Shown: piece by piece, positions 1 through 9,556 of the stretch
How the letters are laid out: each line of letters opens with the position of its first letter
How positions within the stretch are numbered: position 1 is the first letter of the stretch
Assembly (NCBI GenBank): GCA_041158445.1
Contig: JBEBBJ010000002.1
Location: 6,672 to 70,671 of the forward strand
Reading direction: 5' to 3'
Origin: Bacteroidota bacterium
Lineage (GTDB): Bacteria > Bacteroidota > Bacteroidia > Cytophagales > Spirosomataceae
DNA: 64,000 bases
Notes under the pieces: generated by a model
What the model was told of the DNA's origin: nothing
Database searches by the model: none
Seen by the model: only the letters and a program-made list of their open reading frames with translations
Position numbers and translations under genes: made by a program

Positions 1-3000
1 GATGGCCCCATTTGCAGCTGTATTAGTCGCATCAGCAGGAGAAGCAATAGCAGACGTTAATAAGTTTGTCCAAGTCGTATTATCATTTGATCCTTGCACC
101 ATTAAGCTGCTGGCTGTGTTGGCGAAAATTTGGGTAGAACTTACTTTTTGAATGTACCAGGCGTCTAATTTTACTGGTTTGAAAAAGTTAACTTTGTAGA
201 TGGCTTTCCCAATTTGTGACTGAGCGGTGCTCGTACTGAACGTAATCGATGAAGGGTCTGTGGCTAAATTATCCGTTAGTAAAGTAGAGTTAAACACATT
301 TGTAGTCGTAGCTAAATCAGAGCTTATTAAAGCGAAATTTGATTTATCTTTTGTATTCCAATCCGCTATTTTAAAAAAGCAAGACGGAGACTCTGTTAAG
401 TCTAAAATTCCATCATTATCATCATCGATATCATCAATATCAACAACTCCATCAGTATCCGAATCTATACATTTATTACGTGCAGATTGTAATGCTAAAA
501 AATAGTATGACGAAGGATAATTCGTAATAGCAGAAACTAAATCAGAGGTCTCCACTAAACTGGATAAACCATTTACACCATAAGTTCCGGCCACCGTAGT
601 TACATTGGAGGATACCGCACCTGATTCATAAGCATCATTACAGCCATCGTTGTCAGAATCAGAATCTAGTTGATCTGGAGTGCCGTCTAAATCCGTATCG
701 CGCTCCGTACAATACGCATCGTCTCGATACATACCGATCTCTCGAATTTGGTAGTTCGGTGCCGCTGCTCCAGTCGTTATTCCTGAATAGGCAACTTCTA
801 ATACCATTCGCTTAACCCCTACATAGGTTTTGCTGAATGCATATTTGTCAAACAGCTCATTTCCTGCGCCAGTTGCTCCATTCAAAAGTGGATTAATGGA
901 TTGCTGCGCTAATAATTGATTCGCTTGATTGTATAATTTGATGTTGGCATTCTTAATACCATCACCCACGACCCCATTATCATTCGCAATAAAGAATCCA
1001 TCTGCAATCACAGGGAAATTCAAATTGATATCAATAACAATTGGATTTGCTTGGTTTGTCCAGTTAAAGTTTCCCGTAACCGATTTGGCAATATTTCCAT
1101 CCGTCATATCACTCAAAGGTGTTGCAGTGGTCCCTATCACCGTAAAGTTTTGAGCCGTTACCGACTTAAAATACGTAGGCCCTATGTAGAACGTTCCTGG
1201 AGGAACGCAGAAATTCCCCTCATCGATATCCGTCACACCATCATTATCGTCATCGATATCAATGATATCCGGAACTAAGTCTCCATCTGTATCTAGACAA
1301 GCTTTGATATAAGCTAATTTTGCATAACTGTAAGAATACGTTCCTGAGTAGATTCCAGAATCTGTTCCTGTTTCTAAGGTATTAAGGAAGCCATTTGCCC
1401 CAAAGTTTCCCGTTAAAGGAACTGTGAAATTATACAGCGTAATAATGGATTCTGAAGCGTCATTACAACCGTCATTATCGGAATCCAAATCTTGGTGATT
1501 TAAAATCCCGTCTCCATCATCATCTACTTCACAGGCTAATGTAGGGTACTCTGACGCATTATAAGTGGGAGCCGCAAAACTTATATCCTTTAATTGACCT
1601 GCAGAAACTAGTGTTCCTGCGGTACTATAAACTCGGTAATATTTATATTTATCTGCATTCGTGGATACCGTAAACTTCGTGATATTACCTGTTTCTGACG
1701 TTGAATTAAGTGATTTAGTGGCTAAATCTAACCAGGTAATTCCATCATTTGAACCACGTAAAGTAGCTGAAGATGATGCTCCAAAAATGGTACTAGCAGA
1801 ATTATAATTGAAAGTCAATTCACTTAGCTTCACGCTTCTTGGAAACTCAACTGTAACCACATTTTTATTAACCGCGGACTGGGCATTTAGGAAATCTGTA
1901 TATAAAATCGTCGTCCCTAATGGGTTATCGATCATATTTGTTAATGGTCGAGAAACAGAATTAAGCGTAAGATCAGACGTTATTTTAAGAATTCCTGTGC
2001 GATCCGTGGATCCTAAGCCCATTCCAGCTGCCGTATAAAAACAAGCAGGTGATTCTATGGCATCTAACACACCATCATTATCATCATCGATATCAACGAT
2101 ATCCGTGACACTATCTTGATCAAAATCAGCACAAGCCGCATAGTTTTTTGAGATAGCAAATGGGTAATTATACGTACTATTATAAACACCACTTTCATTG
2201 CTAGTTTCAAGCGAATTAGCAAATCCATTATTCCCAAAAGTAATAGCTGAAGATCCGACCGTAGCCACAACAGCATTTGATAAAGTAGAGGTTAATGTCC
2301 CCGAAAGTATGGTAGAACCGGCTAAGTTTACAGCTGTTCCTGTAGTCAATACAGACGAGGTAATTCCTGATTCCAAGGCATCTGCACAACCATCTCCATC
2401 GGAATCTAAATCCAAATGATTAGCGACGCCGTCTGCATCTGTATCGCAGGTTAAATTAGTTGTACTACTATATGCATTGTAAAATGCCGAAGCTATTTTA
2501 TTCTGATTTGCCGTATACCAAGGTGCTCCCTGGGTAATCGTTCCATCTACAAACCAGGCTACAAACTGATTTTTTGAACTAGTCCCTGGAATTTGTTTCA
2601 TCCCAGCTAGAGCCGAGCCGGCTACCGATGGAGAATAAAATAAGATGTCTGATGGGTCTACATTTAGAATCGGATAGTAATTATTTCCATCTAATGCATT
2701 GGTAGTGAATACAGAGGAATAACTATTGGCATTATTTAATGTAAAGGTTTGGTCAACGGCTGGATGGGACGAAGATAAATCATATTTAGTACCAAAAACA
2801 TTGTTTAATACATTCATTAAACCATTTTGATTTGCTACGACACAGCAGTTGTCCGACTGTATTATAAACGCCTTACTTGTTTTATTTTGAATGGCTGTTT
2901 GTAGGGCTGCCCAGTGATTCGCATGAATGGTATTGAAAGCTGCTCCACCAAAAACAACCATATCATACCCATCATAAAATCCAGCAGGAACAGTGGCTGT

Positions 3001-6000
3001 TTCTATTATATTTGATTGTACAATGGTCGCTCCAGGAGCCTTATTATTATCAAATTCAGCGAACAAGCTAGACCGCATGGTGGAGAAATTTTCATTCGAT
3101 CCTGCAAATAGAATTTTGCCTGGACGCATATCACACTCTGCTCTATCTAAAATCCCATCATTATCATCATCTAAATCTACTACGTCATTCACTCCATCTT
3201 GATCTGAATCTAGACAAGCATTTATCAAAGCAGTTAAGGCATAGGAATTATAATAACTGTTGTAATTAATCGTACCCGCAGTCAGTCCTTCTTTTGTATC
3301 AATTAATCCATTGTTATTTGCATCATTTGTTGGACTTATAAATGAAAATTGAAAATTAGACGTCTGATTTGTAGTTGCTCCCGCTTCCAAAGCATCACTA
3401 CAACCATCCGCATCTGAATCTAGATCTTGAAAATTGAAAAAACCATCTCCATCCGTATCTCCATTACAATTAATCTTTGGATTTACACTTGGTATATAAG
3501 TATCAGGTGTTTCAAAATAAACTTCATTTGCATATCCAGTTGTTCCTACTCCACCACCTGAAACCCAATAAATACGGTAAAATAGGTACTTGCCCGTATT
3601 TTGTGTTACTGTAAACGTATTCGCATTAGTTACACCTATCACCCCAGGAACTGAGGTCACTGCAGAATATCCATTTCCTAAAATAGTCCATGAACTATTA
3701 TCGTTAGATCCTTCTAATCGTAAAACGGTATTTGCATTGAAATGTGTGTTCGCATTAATGTAACCTAAGTAAATGGTTTTTAATTCTACAGCCATAGGCA
3801 TTTTAAATGCATATACCGTTTTGGCAGGCGTAGTAGAAGCGACAAAACTAACCGCCCAACTTGCTGAAGTCGTGCCATTATCACCATCTACTAATTCTTT
3901 CGGACTTTGGTAATAATTACTCATAACCAAATCAGTAGAAACTTGAATATCTGATCGCAATCCTACAAGCCAATCTCGAGAAGAATAAAAACAAGATGGT
4001 GATTCTACTGCATCTAAGGTTCCATCATTATCATCATCTATATCTTGCGGATCAGCAATTCCATCATTATCAAAATCAGAACAAACAGATAGATTTTTTG
4101 CAAGAGCAAAGGGAGTATATTTTGAGAAGTAGCGAATCGAACCACTTTCTGCGGAAGTTTCTACACCATTAGCTAAACCATTCGAACCATAAGGACCAGC
4201 TGCTACCGCATCATTCAATGTGGTCGTAGAAGTGACCGCACCATTGAATCCATTTTTAACCGCTCCTGAATTTAAGGTGCCAGAAACACCTGCCTCCTTT
4301 GCATCCGGACAACCATCTCCATCAGAATCTAAATCGAGATGATTAAAAATTCCATCATTATCGGTATCCATACTACCAGAACAGTACACATCTTTTACTT
4401 CAATTAAAAAAATGTCATCTGCTATAAAATCGGCGGAGTTGGGTGCTCCAGAAGTTTCAAATAACTTAATTAATAAAGACGTATTCGACCCTGTATTAAT
4501 GATGGATTGTTTTGAAACCCAATTAGCTGTAGTTGCAAAATTACCTGTTAAGGCACCTCCATTTATACTATAGCTAACTGTAGCTGGATTCCCATGCTTT
4601 ATTGAAAACCCTAGTTTGTAATTAGTATTAGGTTTTACCGTTATAGTTTGACTCCAAAATTCAGTAAAAGGAGAAGAACAGTCGGCGTTGATTTGTAATG
4701 CATTACCCTCTGATAAAGAGCCCACACTGGAAGCCCAGCCAAAAGGAGCAACAATGTAAGATCCACAAGTACCAATAGAACCTACGTTAACATAGGTTGT
4801 ATTAAATCCAGTATCACCTTGCTCAAAATCACCATTTACAACTAGATTAAATTGTTTTATTACGGGATCATTAAATATTTGTCGATCGTTTGTCAATGCA
4901 GCACAACCATAGCCTTCGGTAATGTCTAAAATACCGTCATTATCATCATCTAAATCTGTTAAATCTGATACCCCATCACCATCAGTGTCTATACCTGTGC
5001 AGGTATTTAAATTTGCAGATAAAGCATAACTAGAATAAGAGGAAATATAATTAATGATCCCACTTTCTGCTGAGGTCTCTAAGGCATCTGCCAATCCATT
5101 TGCTCCATAAGAGTTAACAAGACCAGCCATTGCTTCAGTTGTATTAATGGTAGAAGTTACAACGCCACCATTAGCACCATTTTGTACTGAACCATTACGT
5201 AAGGTTCCCGAAACGCTCGCTTCTTTAGCATCTGTACAGCCATCTCCATCGGAGTCTAAGTCTAAATGATTAGGGACACCATCATTATCGGTATCACAAA
5301 TCTCATAGATTGGATCGGCAGAGATTGAAACACTTGCATTCTGCATGGGCGATACGATTCCCGTATTTTGGAATTGCAAATCATGGCTAGTCGCAGTAGC
5401 TGTAAAGGTAATAAAACGAGTTTCCCAACCGCAACCCAATGTTGGCGTATATTGATCTATTACAGTAGTACCTAATTTAACTGTAATTCTACCTAAAGCT
5501 GGCGTCGCAGCAAATTTCGCATAGTAGGCTTTTAAAATATAAGTCTTTCCAATAGTTAAACCTGAAATAGTCGTTTTGAAAGCTTCTTGCGTATTAGAAT
5601 AAAAGTTCACCCAGGAAGTATGGCCGTTAGGTGCAGCTGGAGCCGTACCAGAACAGCCTCCGATCCATCCATTATAAATGGAGGATGCGGTAGTGGCAAT
5701 ATCTGGAGAGGAATTCGTAATGGTCCATCCAGTAGGAACTTTGAATTGAGTTACCGTGGCAGTTGTATTCGTTGCAGGAAGGAGTATACTTGATTTACAA
5801 TATTCGTCAGTATCCAGTATCCCGTCATTATCATCATCTAAGTCGGACGCATCCAGTACTCCATCCAAATCAGCATCTAATGAAGTACAAATATTTACAC
5901 TAGCTAATTTCGCATAGCTATTGTAATAGGAAGTATAATTAATTAAACCACTTTCAGCCGTCGTTTCTAAACTATTCAATAATCCATTCGCACCTACCGT

Positions 6001-6915
6001 TCCGGAGACTTTGGCGTCAGCTGTGGTAATCGTTGTCGTAACAGAACCTGTGTTATTTCCGTTTTTTACTGACCCAGCAATTAACGTTCCCGGAACTCCT
6101 GCTTCTTTAGCATCAGGACAGCCATCACCATCTGAATCTAAATCAAACTGATTAGGTAACCCATCATTATCCGTATCGCAAAATGCGTCATTTAAAGAAA
6201 TTGTGCTAATGGCATCCAAGGCCATTCTTACACCCACGGGATCGTTTAAAGGATAAGAGCGTGGTTTGATCAACAAAGTCATACTCGTTGCAGTAGCCGT
6301 AAACGTAACTCCTTCGCGCGTCCAAATCGTAGTACTACCATTGAATGATGCCCCAGGACCAGTAGAAACATTGGTTTCACCTAAAACAGCGTTGTTCGCT
6401 TTATTAACAATTTGCCAAAATCCATTTTTGTACCATGCATTACCGTTTTCTTGTCCAACAGCAGCTTGCCAAAATTCAATTCGATAAGATGCACCAATGG
6501 TCAATTGGTTAATCGTTAAACTAGAAAATTCATCTATTGCTGCAGATTGTTGATAAACTGCTGATAGAAATGCACCACCATCAGGACTAACAGGTGTATT
6601 ACTCGGCACATAACCTCCATTAACAGTCATTAAATCGGGTGATGGACTTTCTACGGTAAGGCAACCGGTATTCCCTATATCCTGAACTAATCCAAAAGAT
6701 GGAGCCGAGCAGGAATTCGGTGGATTGACGCGTGGGCATTCTAACAAATCCGGTATACCGTCATTATCATCATCTAAGTCGATGGAGTTAATTATCCCAT
6801 CTCCATCAAAGTCATCAGCGGCGGCAGTGCCACCTACGGTTTGCGCAAAAGCAAACACAGAAACTAACTGAAAACAGAAAATGAGAACGAATCGAATCGG
6901 TAAACGTAATTTCAT
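1..6915 (-). CDS. Giant repetitive cell-surface protein, partial (N-terminal 2305 aa; C-terminus lies beyond window start)
   Basis: Hand translation of the minus strand from ATG at 6915-6913 gives MKLRLPIRFVLIFCFQLVSVFAFAQTVGGTAAADDFDGDGIINSIDLDDDNDGIPD, a signal peptide followed by calcium-binding repeats. The frame is still open at base 1 (..ATNTAANGAI). No complete minus ORF is listed here, consistent with one ORF running off the edge. It has recurrent thrombospondin-type-3-like DxDxDGxxD repeats (e.g. DSDTDGVVDIDDIDDD from 421-468). It also has three discoidin-like GSNDxxxW modules (~79-111, ~1751-1800, ~3691-3720). Confidence 0.85.
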   Translation of the reverse strand, partial: MKLRLPIRFVLIFCFQLVSVFAFAQTVGGTAAADDFDGDGIINSIDLDDDNDGIPDLLECPRVNPPNSCSAPSFGLVQDIGNTGCLTVESPSPDLMTVNGGYVPSNTPVSPDGGAFLSAVYQQSAAIDEFSSLTINQLTIGASYRIEFWQAAVGQENGNAWYKNGFWQIVNKANNAVLGETNVSTGPGASFNGSTTIWTREGVTFTATATSMTLLIKPRSYPLNDPVGVRMALDAISTISLNDAFCDTDNDGLPNQFDLDSDGDGCPDAKEAGVPGTLIAGSVKNGNNTGSVTTTITTADAKVSGTVGANGLLNSLETTAESGLINYTSYYNSYAKLASVNICTSLDADLDGVLDASDLDDDNDGILDTDEYCKSSILLPATNTTATVTQFKVPTGWTITNSSPDIATTASSIYNGWIGGCSGTAPAAPNGHTSWVNFYSNTQEAFKTTISGLTIGKTYILKAYYAKFAATPALGRITVKLGTTVIDQYTPTLGCGWETRFITFTATATSHDLQFQNTGIVSPMQNASVSISADPIYEICDTDNDGVPNHLDLDSDGDGCTDAKEASVSGTLRNGSVQNGANGGVVTSTINTTEAMAGLVNSYGANGLADALETSAESGIINYISSYSSYALSANLNTCTGIDTDGDGVSDLTDLDDDNDGILDITEGYGCAALTNDRQIFNDPVIKQFNLVVNGDFEQGDTGFNTTYVNVGSIGTCGSYIVAPFGWASSVGSLSEGNALQINADCSSPFTEFWSQTITVKPNTNYKLGFSIKHGNPATVSYSINGGALTGNFATTANWVSKQSIINTGSNTSLLIKLFETSGAPNSADFIADDIFLIEVKDVYCSGSMDTDNDGIFNHLDLDSDGDGCPDAKEAGVSGTLNSGAVKNGFNGAVTSTTTLNDAVAAGPYGSNGLANGVETSAESGSIRYFSKYTPFALAKNLSVCSDFDNDGIADPQDIDDDNDGTLDAVESPSCFYSSRDWLVGLRSDIQVSTDLVMSNYYQSPKELVDGDNGTTSASWAVSFVASTTPAKTVYAFKMPMAVELKTIYLGYINANTHFNANTVLRLEGSNDNSSWTILGNGYSAVTSVPGVIGVTNANTFTVTQNTGKYLFYRIYWVSGGGVGTTGYANEVYFETPDTYIPSVNPKINCNGDTDGDGFFNFQDLDSDADGCSDALEAGATTNQTSNFQFSFISPTNDANNNGLIDTKEGLTAGTINYNSYYNSYALTALINACLDSDQDGVNDVVDLDDDNDGILDRAECDMRPGKILFAGSNENFSTMRSSLFAEFDNNKAPGATIVQSNIIETATVPAGFYDGYDMVVFGGAAFNTIHANHWAALQTAIQNKTSKAFIIQSDNCCVVANQNGLMNVLNNVFGTKYDLSSSHPAVDQTFTLNNANSYSSVFTTNALDGNNYYPILNVDPSDILFYSPSVAGSALAGMKQIPGTSSKNQFVAWFVDGTITQGAPWYTANQNKIASAFYNAYSSTTNLTCDTDADGVANHLDLDSDGDGCADALESGITSSVLTTGTAVNLAGSTILSGTLTSTLSNAVVATVGSSAITFGNNGFANSLETSNESGVYNSTYNYPFAISKNYAACADFDQDSVTDIVDIDDDNDGVLDAIESPACFYTAAGMGLGSTDRTGILKITSDLTLNSVSRPLTNMIDNPLGTTILYTDFLNAQSAVNKNVVTVEFPRSVKLSELTFNYNSASTIFGASSSATLRGSNDGITWLDLATKSLNSTSETGNITKFTVSTNADKYKYYRVYSTAGTLVSAGQLKDISFAAPTYNASEYPTLACEVDDDGDGILNHQDLDSDNDGCNDASESIITLYNFTVPLTGNFGANGFLNTLETGTDSGIYSGTYSYSYAKLAYIKACLDTDGDLVPDIIDIDDDNDGVTDIDEGNFCVPPGTFYIGPTYFKSVTAQNFTVIGTTATPLSDMTDGNIAKSVTGNFNWTNQANPIVIDINLNFPVIADGFFIANDNGVVGDGIKNANIKLYNQANQLLAQQSINPLLNGATGAGNELFDKYAFSKTYVGVKRMVLEVAYSGITTGAAAPNYQIREIGMYRDDAYCTERDTDLDGTPDQLDSDSDNDGCNDAYESGAVSSNVTTVAGTYGVNGLSSLVETSDLVSAITNYPSSYYFLALQSARNKCIDSDTDGVVDIDDIDDDNDGILDLTESPSCFFKIADWNTKDKSNFALISSDLATTTNVFNSTLLTDNLATDPSSITFSTSTAQSQIGKAIYKVNFFKPVKLDAWYIQKVSSTQIFANTASSLMVQGSNDNTTWTNLLTSAIASPADATNTAANGAI

Positions 6916-7024
6916 AACGTGCTACGCCGATGCAGAAATAATACAATTCGGCAAACAAATAAAATGAAATCGGGTGTGGGGATTTGTCAAAAAAAGCGCA
7001 TTTGACAGAAATTGGACGAATGAA

Positions 7025-8182
7025 TTAACCTATTCTAGAGCTAAAATACTCTTTAGGCGTGCATCCTTTGGCCTTTTTGAAAGCCGTATAGAAACTCTGA
7101 CGCGACCCAAAACCAGAGGCCTCAGCAATCGTTTCGATGGACGATTTCGCTAAATAGGTGGGGTCACTAAGTTTCTCTTCGATGTACGAAATCCGGTAAT
7201 TGTTCAAATAATCCCTGAAAGATATTCCGTGCGTATGCTTAATCGCTTGACCTATCATTCGGTGCGGATGACCCGTTAATGATCCCAGTAATTCTGCCGT
7301 TAATTGTGAATTTAAAAAGACCTCTGTGGTTCTGAAATATGCTTCTATTTTCGCAGCTAAATGTTGAAGACGCTCACCCTCCTCATCCGTCAATATAACT
7401 TCTGTCTTCTCAGGACCGCGCAAATTTTCGGCAAGAATTTGAACATCTAAAAGCTTCGGATTGATTGCTAGATATAATAGGTGAAAGACGAATTCTGCAA
7501 CAAGTAAATAATCCGTCGTAATGAAAGAAGTCTTTCCATTATCGGTATAAATGAACGTATACCAAATGTAGATAACCGTACAAAGTCGAAAGACTAAAAT
7601 TCCAATAACCCAATAGTGGAAAATACCTTTTTGGAACAAAATCTGATTCTGCTTCTCTCTGCGAAACTGAACATAAAAATAAACCATCGCCACATAGAAA
7701 AGCACGTACATCACAAACTTCGCATAGACATGACAAATGGGATCAAACCACATGAAGCGCTCACTAAAAGCAAAGTAATCTCCCTGAGATAGCATCCATC
7801 TTACCTCTTGAATCTTTGTCGCTTTATCACTTATATAAAAAGGTATATTCTCTACGAGCTGTAGCAGGAAAGGGAAGAAGAATAGGAGATGTGATTTTTT
7901 AAAGGTAGCTCTCGGGTGAAATAAATACCAAAGAAACATAAAATTCAAAGGCGGTACGGTATAAAAAAGTGGGGCTAGGGTTCGGAAAAAATAAGGTGTC
8001 TCAATGATATTTACAGGCATCAGAAAATACGCTGCAACGACCATGTATCCTAGTAACAAAAACTCAATCGCAAGGATTTTGGCAACCACTATATTCCCTT
8101 TTCGAAACAAAAAGTTCAGGCCGAAAAGCACGCAAAGCGAACTAACGATAGAGAAAAGATAAACCGATCCGGCGTTTGACAT
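7025..8182 (-). CDS. Membrane-anchored AraC-family transcriptional regulator
   Basis: 385-aa ORF. The N-terminal ~230 aa are strongly hydrophobic with multiple predicted TM helices. The C-terminus has an AraC/XylS-type HTH (..GFGSRQSFYTAFKKAKGCTPKEYF). It is a paralog of the next gene. Confidence 0.8.
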   Translation of the reverse strand: MSNAGSVYLFSIVSSLCVLFGLNFLFRKGNIVVAKILAIEFLLLGYMVVAAYFLMPVNIIETPYFFRTLAPLFYTVPPLNFMFLWYLFHPRATFKKSHLLFFFPFLLQLVENIPFYISDKATKIQEVRWMLSQGDYFAFSERFMWFDPICHVYAKFVMYVLFYVAMVYFYVQFRREKQNQILFQKGIFHYWVIGILVFRLCTVIYIWYTFIYTDNGKTSFITTDYLLVAEFVFHLLYLAINPKLLDVQILAENLRGPEKTEVILTDEEGERLQHLAAKIEAYFRTTEVFLNSQLTAELLGSLTGHPHRMIGQAIKHTHGISFRDYLNNYRISYIEEKLSDPTYLAKSSIETIAEASGFGSRQSFYTAFKKAKGCTPKEYFSSRIG

Positions 8183-8267
8183 TTAGAACATTTGAATGAT
8201 AAGCTAAATAACAAAAGTTGGACAAGTGTATCTGTCAAGAAAAATGCATTATACAGTTTTTTGACAA

Positions 8268-9443
8268 TTACGATTCTTTCTTTTTCTGTGCAAAAAACAT
8301 CGCTGGAGTGGTGCCATGCAAACGATTTACGGCATTATGAAGGCCTTGTCTAGAACCAAAGCCACTTAACTCCGCCAGCATATCTTGTGAATAGGCCTGC
8401 CAATGCTTGTCAGAATTCCTTTGCTGAATGATGTAATTAATTCGCCAGGAGTTAACAAAATCTGGATAGCCTAACTCATAGATATAGGCGGTGGTGCGCG
8501 ATAAATCTTTCGTCGAAATCTGAAGTTTCTTCGCTGTCTTCTCGAGCGTTAATTCCGAATCTAAAAACGGTTTTTCTTCCGCAAACAAGTCCTCTAAACA
8601 CTTCGCAATTACTTCATATTTTTTTAGTTTTTCGGCATCTTCCCCCTGCTCCGGAAGGCGCTTATCTTCTTGCAGCCGAAGGACTAATGAATGAAACTGT
8701 ATGCCATCCAATATGGAAGGTCGATATAATACTGCCGCTAGATTCACAAAGACAGCTAAATGCATCAGCAAATCAGAATAAGAAAACTTCAAATTGTTAA
8801 ATCCAATAATGCCCAGCACATAAGCCCAAATAAAAAAAATAGATAATATTCCCAACGATCCATGCGCTATAATCCAATTGAAAATAAACCGATTCCTTTG
8901 ATAAATTTTATTGGTATTCTTTAACATATATTGAATAGCAACACCGATAGAACTGGCAGAGTATATAAATGCAAAAGCGACCTTCAGTAAAGACAAAACC
9001 GCCGGTGATAAAACAGTAACAGTTCCGGGATAATTAACCAATGATTTGTATTTTAAAACCAGCTGAATCTGAGCCATTTTGTTTTCAACAGGACCCAGAT
9101 AAAAAGGTAATAATTCGATTAGATGCAGAACAAATGGAATAAAAAGAAGCCCATGCCACAACACAAATTTTTTATTCGGGTAAAATAGAAAGTAAACGAA
9201 TAAAAAAAGCACTGGAGGTGTCAAAAAATGGATAGGAGACCCCAACATAAAAAGATGAGGGTATTGAATAATTCTCCCTCCCGTTGTAAAATATCCTAAA
9301 ATGATACGCGCACAAAAGAGAATAAATGACAAGCCTAAAAATTTTGAAGCAAGTAATCCTTTTCTGAAAAGTAGGTTTAGTCCAAATATCCCCACAAGCG
9401 TGGATATGACAAAATTATACAAAAGTTCGACGATGGTTAGCAA
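8268..9443 (-). CDS. Membrane-anchored AraC-family transcriptional regulator (tandem paralog)
   Basis: 391-aa ORF with the same architecture. The N-terminus aligns with the neighbour (..GIFGLNLLFRKG vs ..VLFGLNFLFRKG). C-terminal HTH: ..LSGFGSRQGLHNAVNRLHGTTPAMFF. TTG start in the track; the exact start is uncertain. Confidence 0.75.
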   Translation of the reverse strand: MLTIVELLYNFVISTLVGIFGLNLLFRKGLLASKFLGLSFILFCARIILGYFTTGGRIIQYPHLFMLGSPIHFLTPPVLFLFVYFLFYPNKKFVLWHGLLFIPFVLHLIELLPFYLGPVENKMAQIQLVLKYKSLVNYPGTVTVLSPAVLSLLKVAFAFIYSASSIGVAIQYMLKNTNKIYQRNRFIFNWIIAHGSLGILSIFFIWAYVLGIIGFNNLKFSYSDLLMHLAVFVNLAAVLYRPSILDGIQFHSLVLRLQEDKRLPEQGEDAEKLKKYEVIAKCLEDLFAEEKPFLDSELTLEKTAKKLQISTKDLSRTTAYIYELGYPDFVNSWRINYIIQQRNSDKHWQAYSQDMLAELSGFGSRQGLHNAVNRLHGTTPAMFFAQKKKES

Positions 9444-9512
9444 AGGTATTGGGTTGTTTCTATCCGCAAAATAAGCATAATTTTTGCAAATGATATAAGC
9501 GGTTTTCAGGAG

Positions 9513-9529
9513 TTGACAACTATTGTCAA
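9513..9529. promoter_or_regulatory. Palindromic element TTGACA-N5-TGTCAA (copy 1), overlapping the -33 region of the thioredoxin-like gene promoter
   Basis: The flanks ttttcagg..ttgaca..tgtcaatacgct are shared with copy 2. Confidence 0.5.
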
Positions 9530-9543
9530 TACGCTAAATTGGG

Positions 9544-9551
9544 TATATTTG
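9544..9551 (+). promoter_or_regulatory. Bacteroidota -7 box (TAnnTTTG)
   Basis: TATATTTG lies 6 nt upstream of ATG 9557. Confidence 0.4.
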
Positions 9552-9556
9552 CCCCC

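Noticed and set aside
6916-7024. Promoter -7 box for the left giant adhesin gene.
   Set aside because: No clean TAnnTTTG match was found on the minus strand upstream of ATG 6915; only the TGTCAA/TTGACA pair is notable.
9429-9450. TACCTTTG box at the start of the second AraC gene as its promoter.
   Set aside because: The TTG of the box is itself the predicted start codon, so transcription from it could not include the start. Either the box is coincidental or the true start is unresolved, so I made no call.
9539-9556. Longer N-terminus (MGIFAP..) for the thioredoxin-like protein. Likewise for the extended starts at 14077, 16509, 23462, 27434, 32139, 32896, 34338, 55322, 59603, 60020 and 63250.
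   Set aside because: The extensions use non-ATG or upstream codons that overlap neighbouring genes or promoter boxes. Internal ATGs give canonical signal peptides or conserved N-termini.
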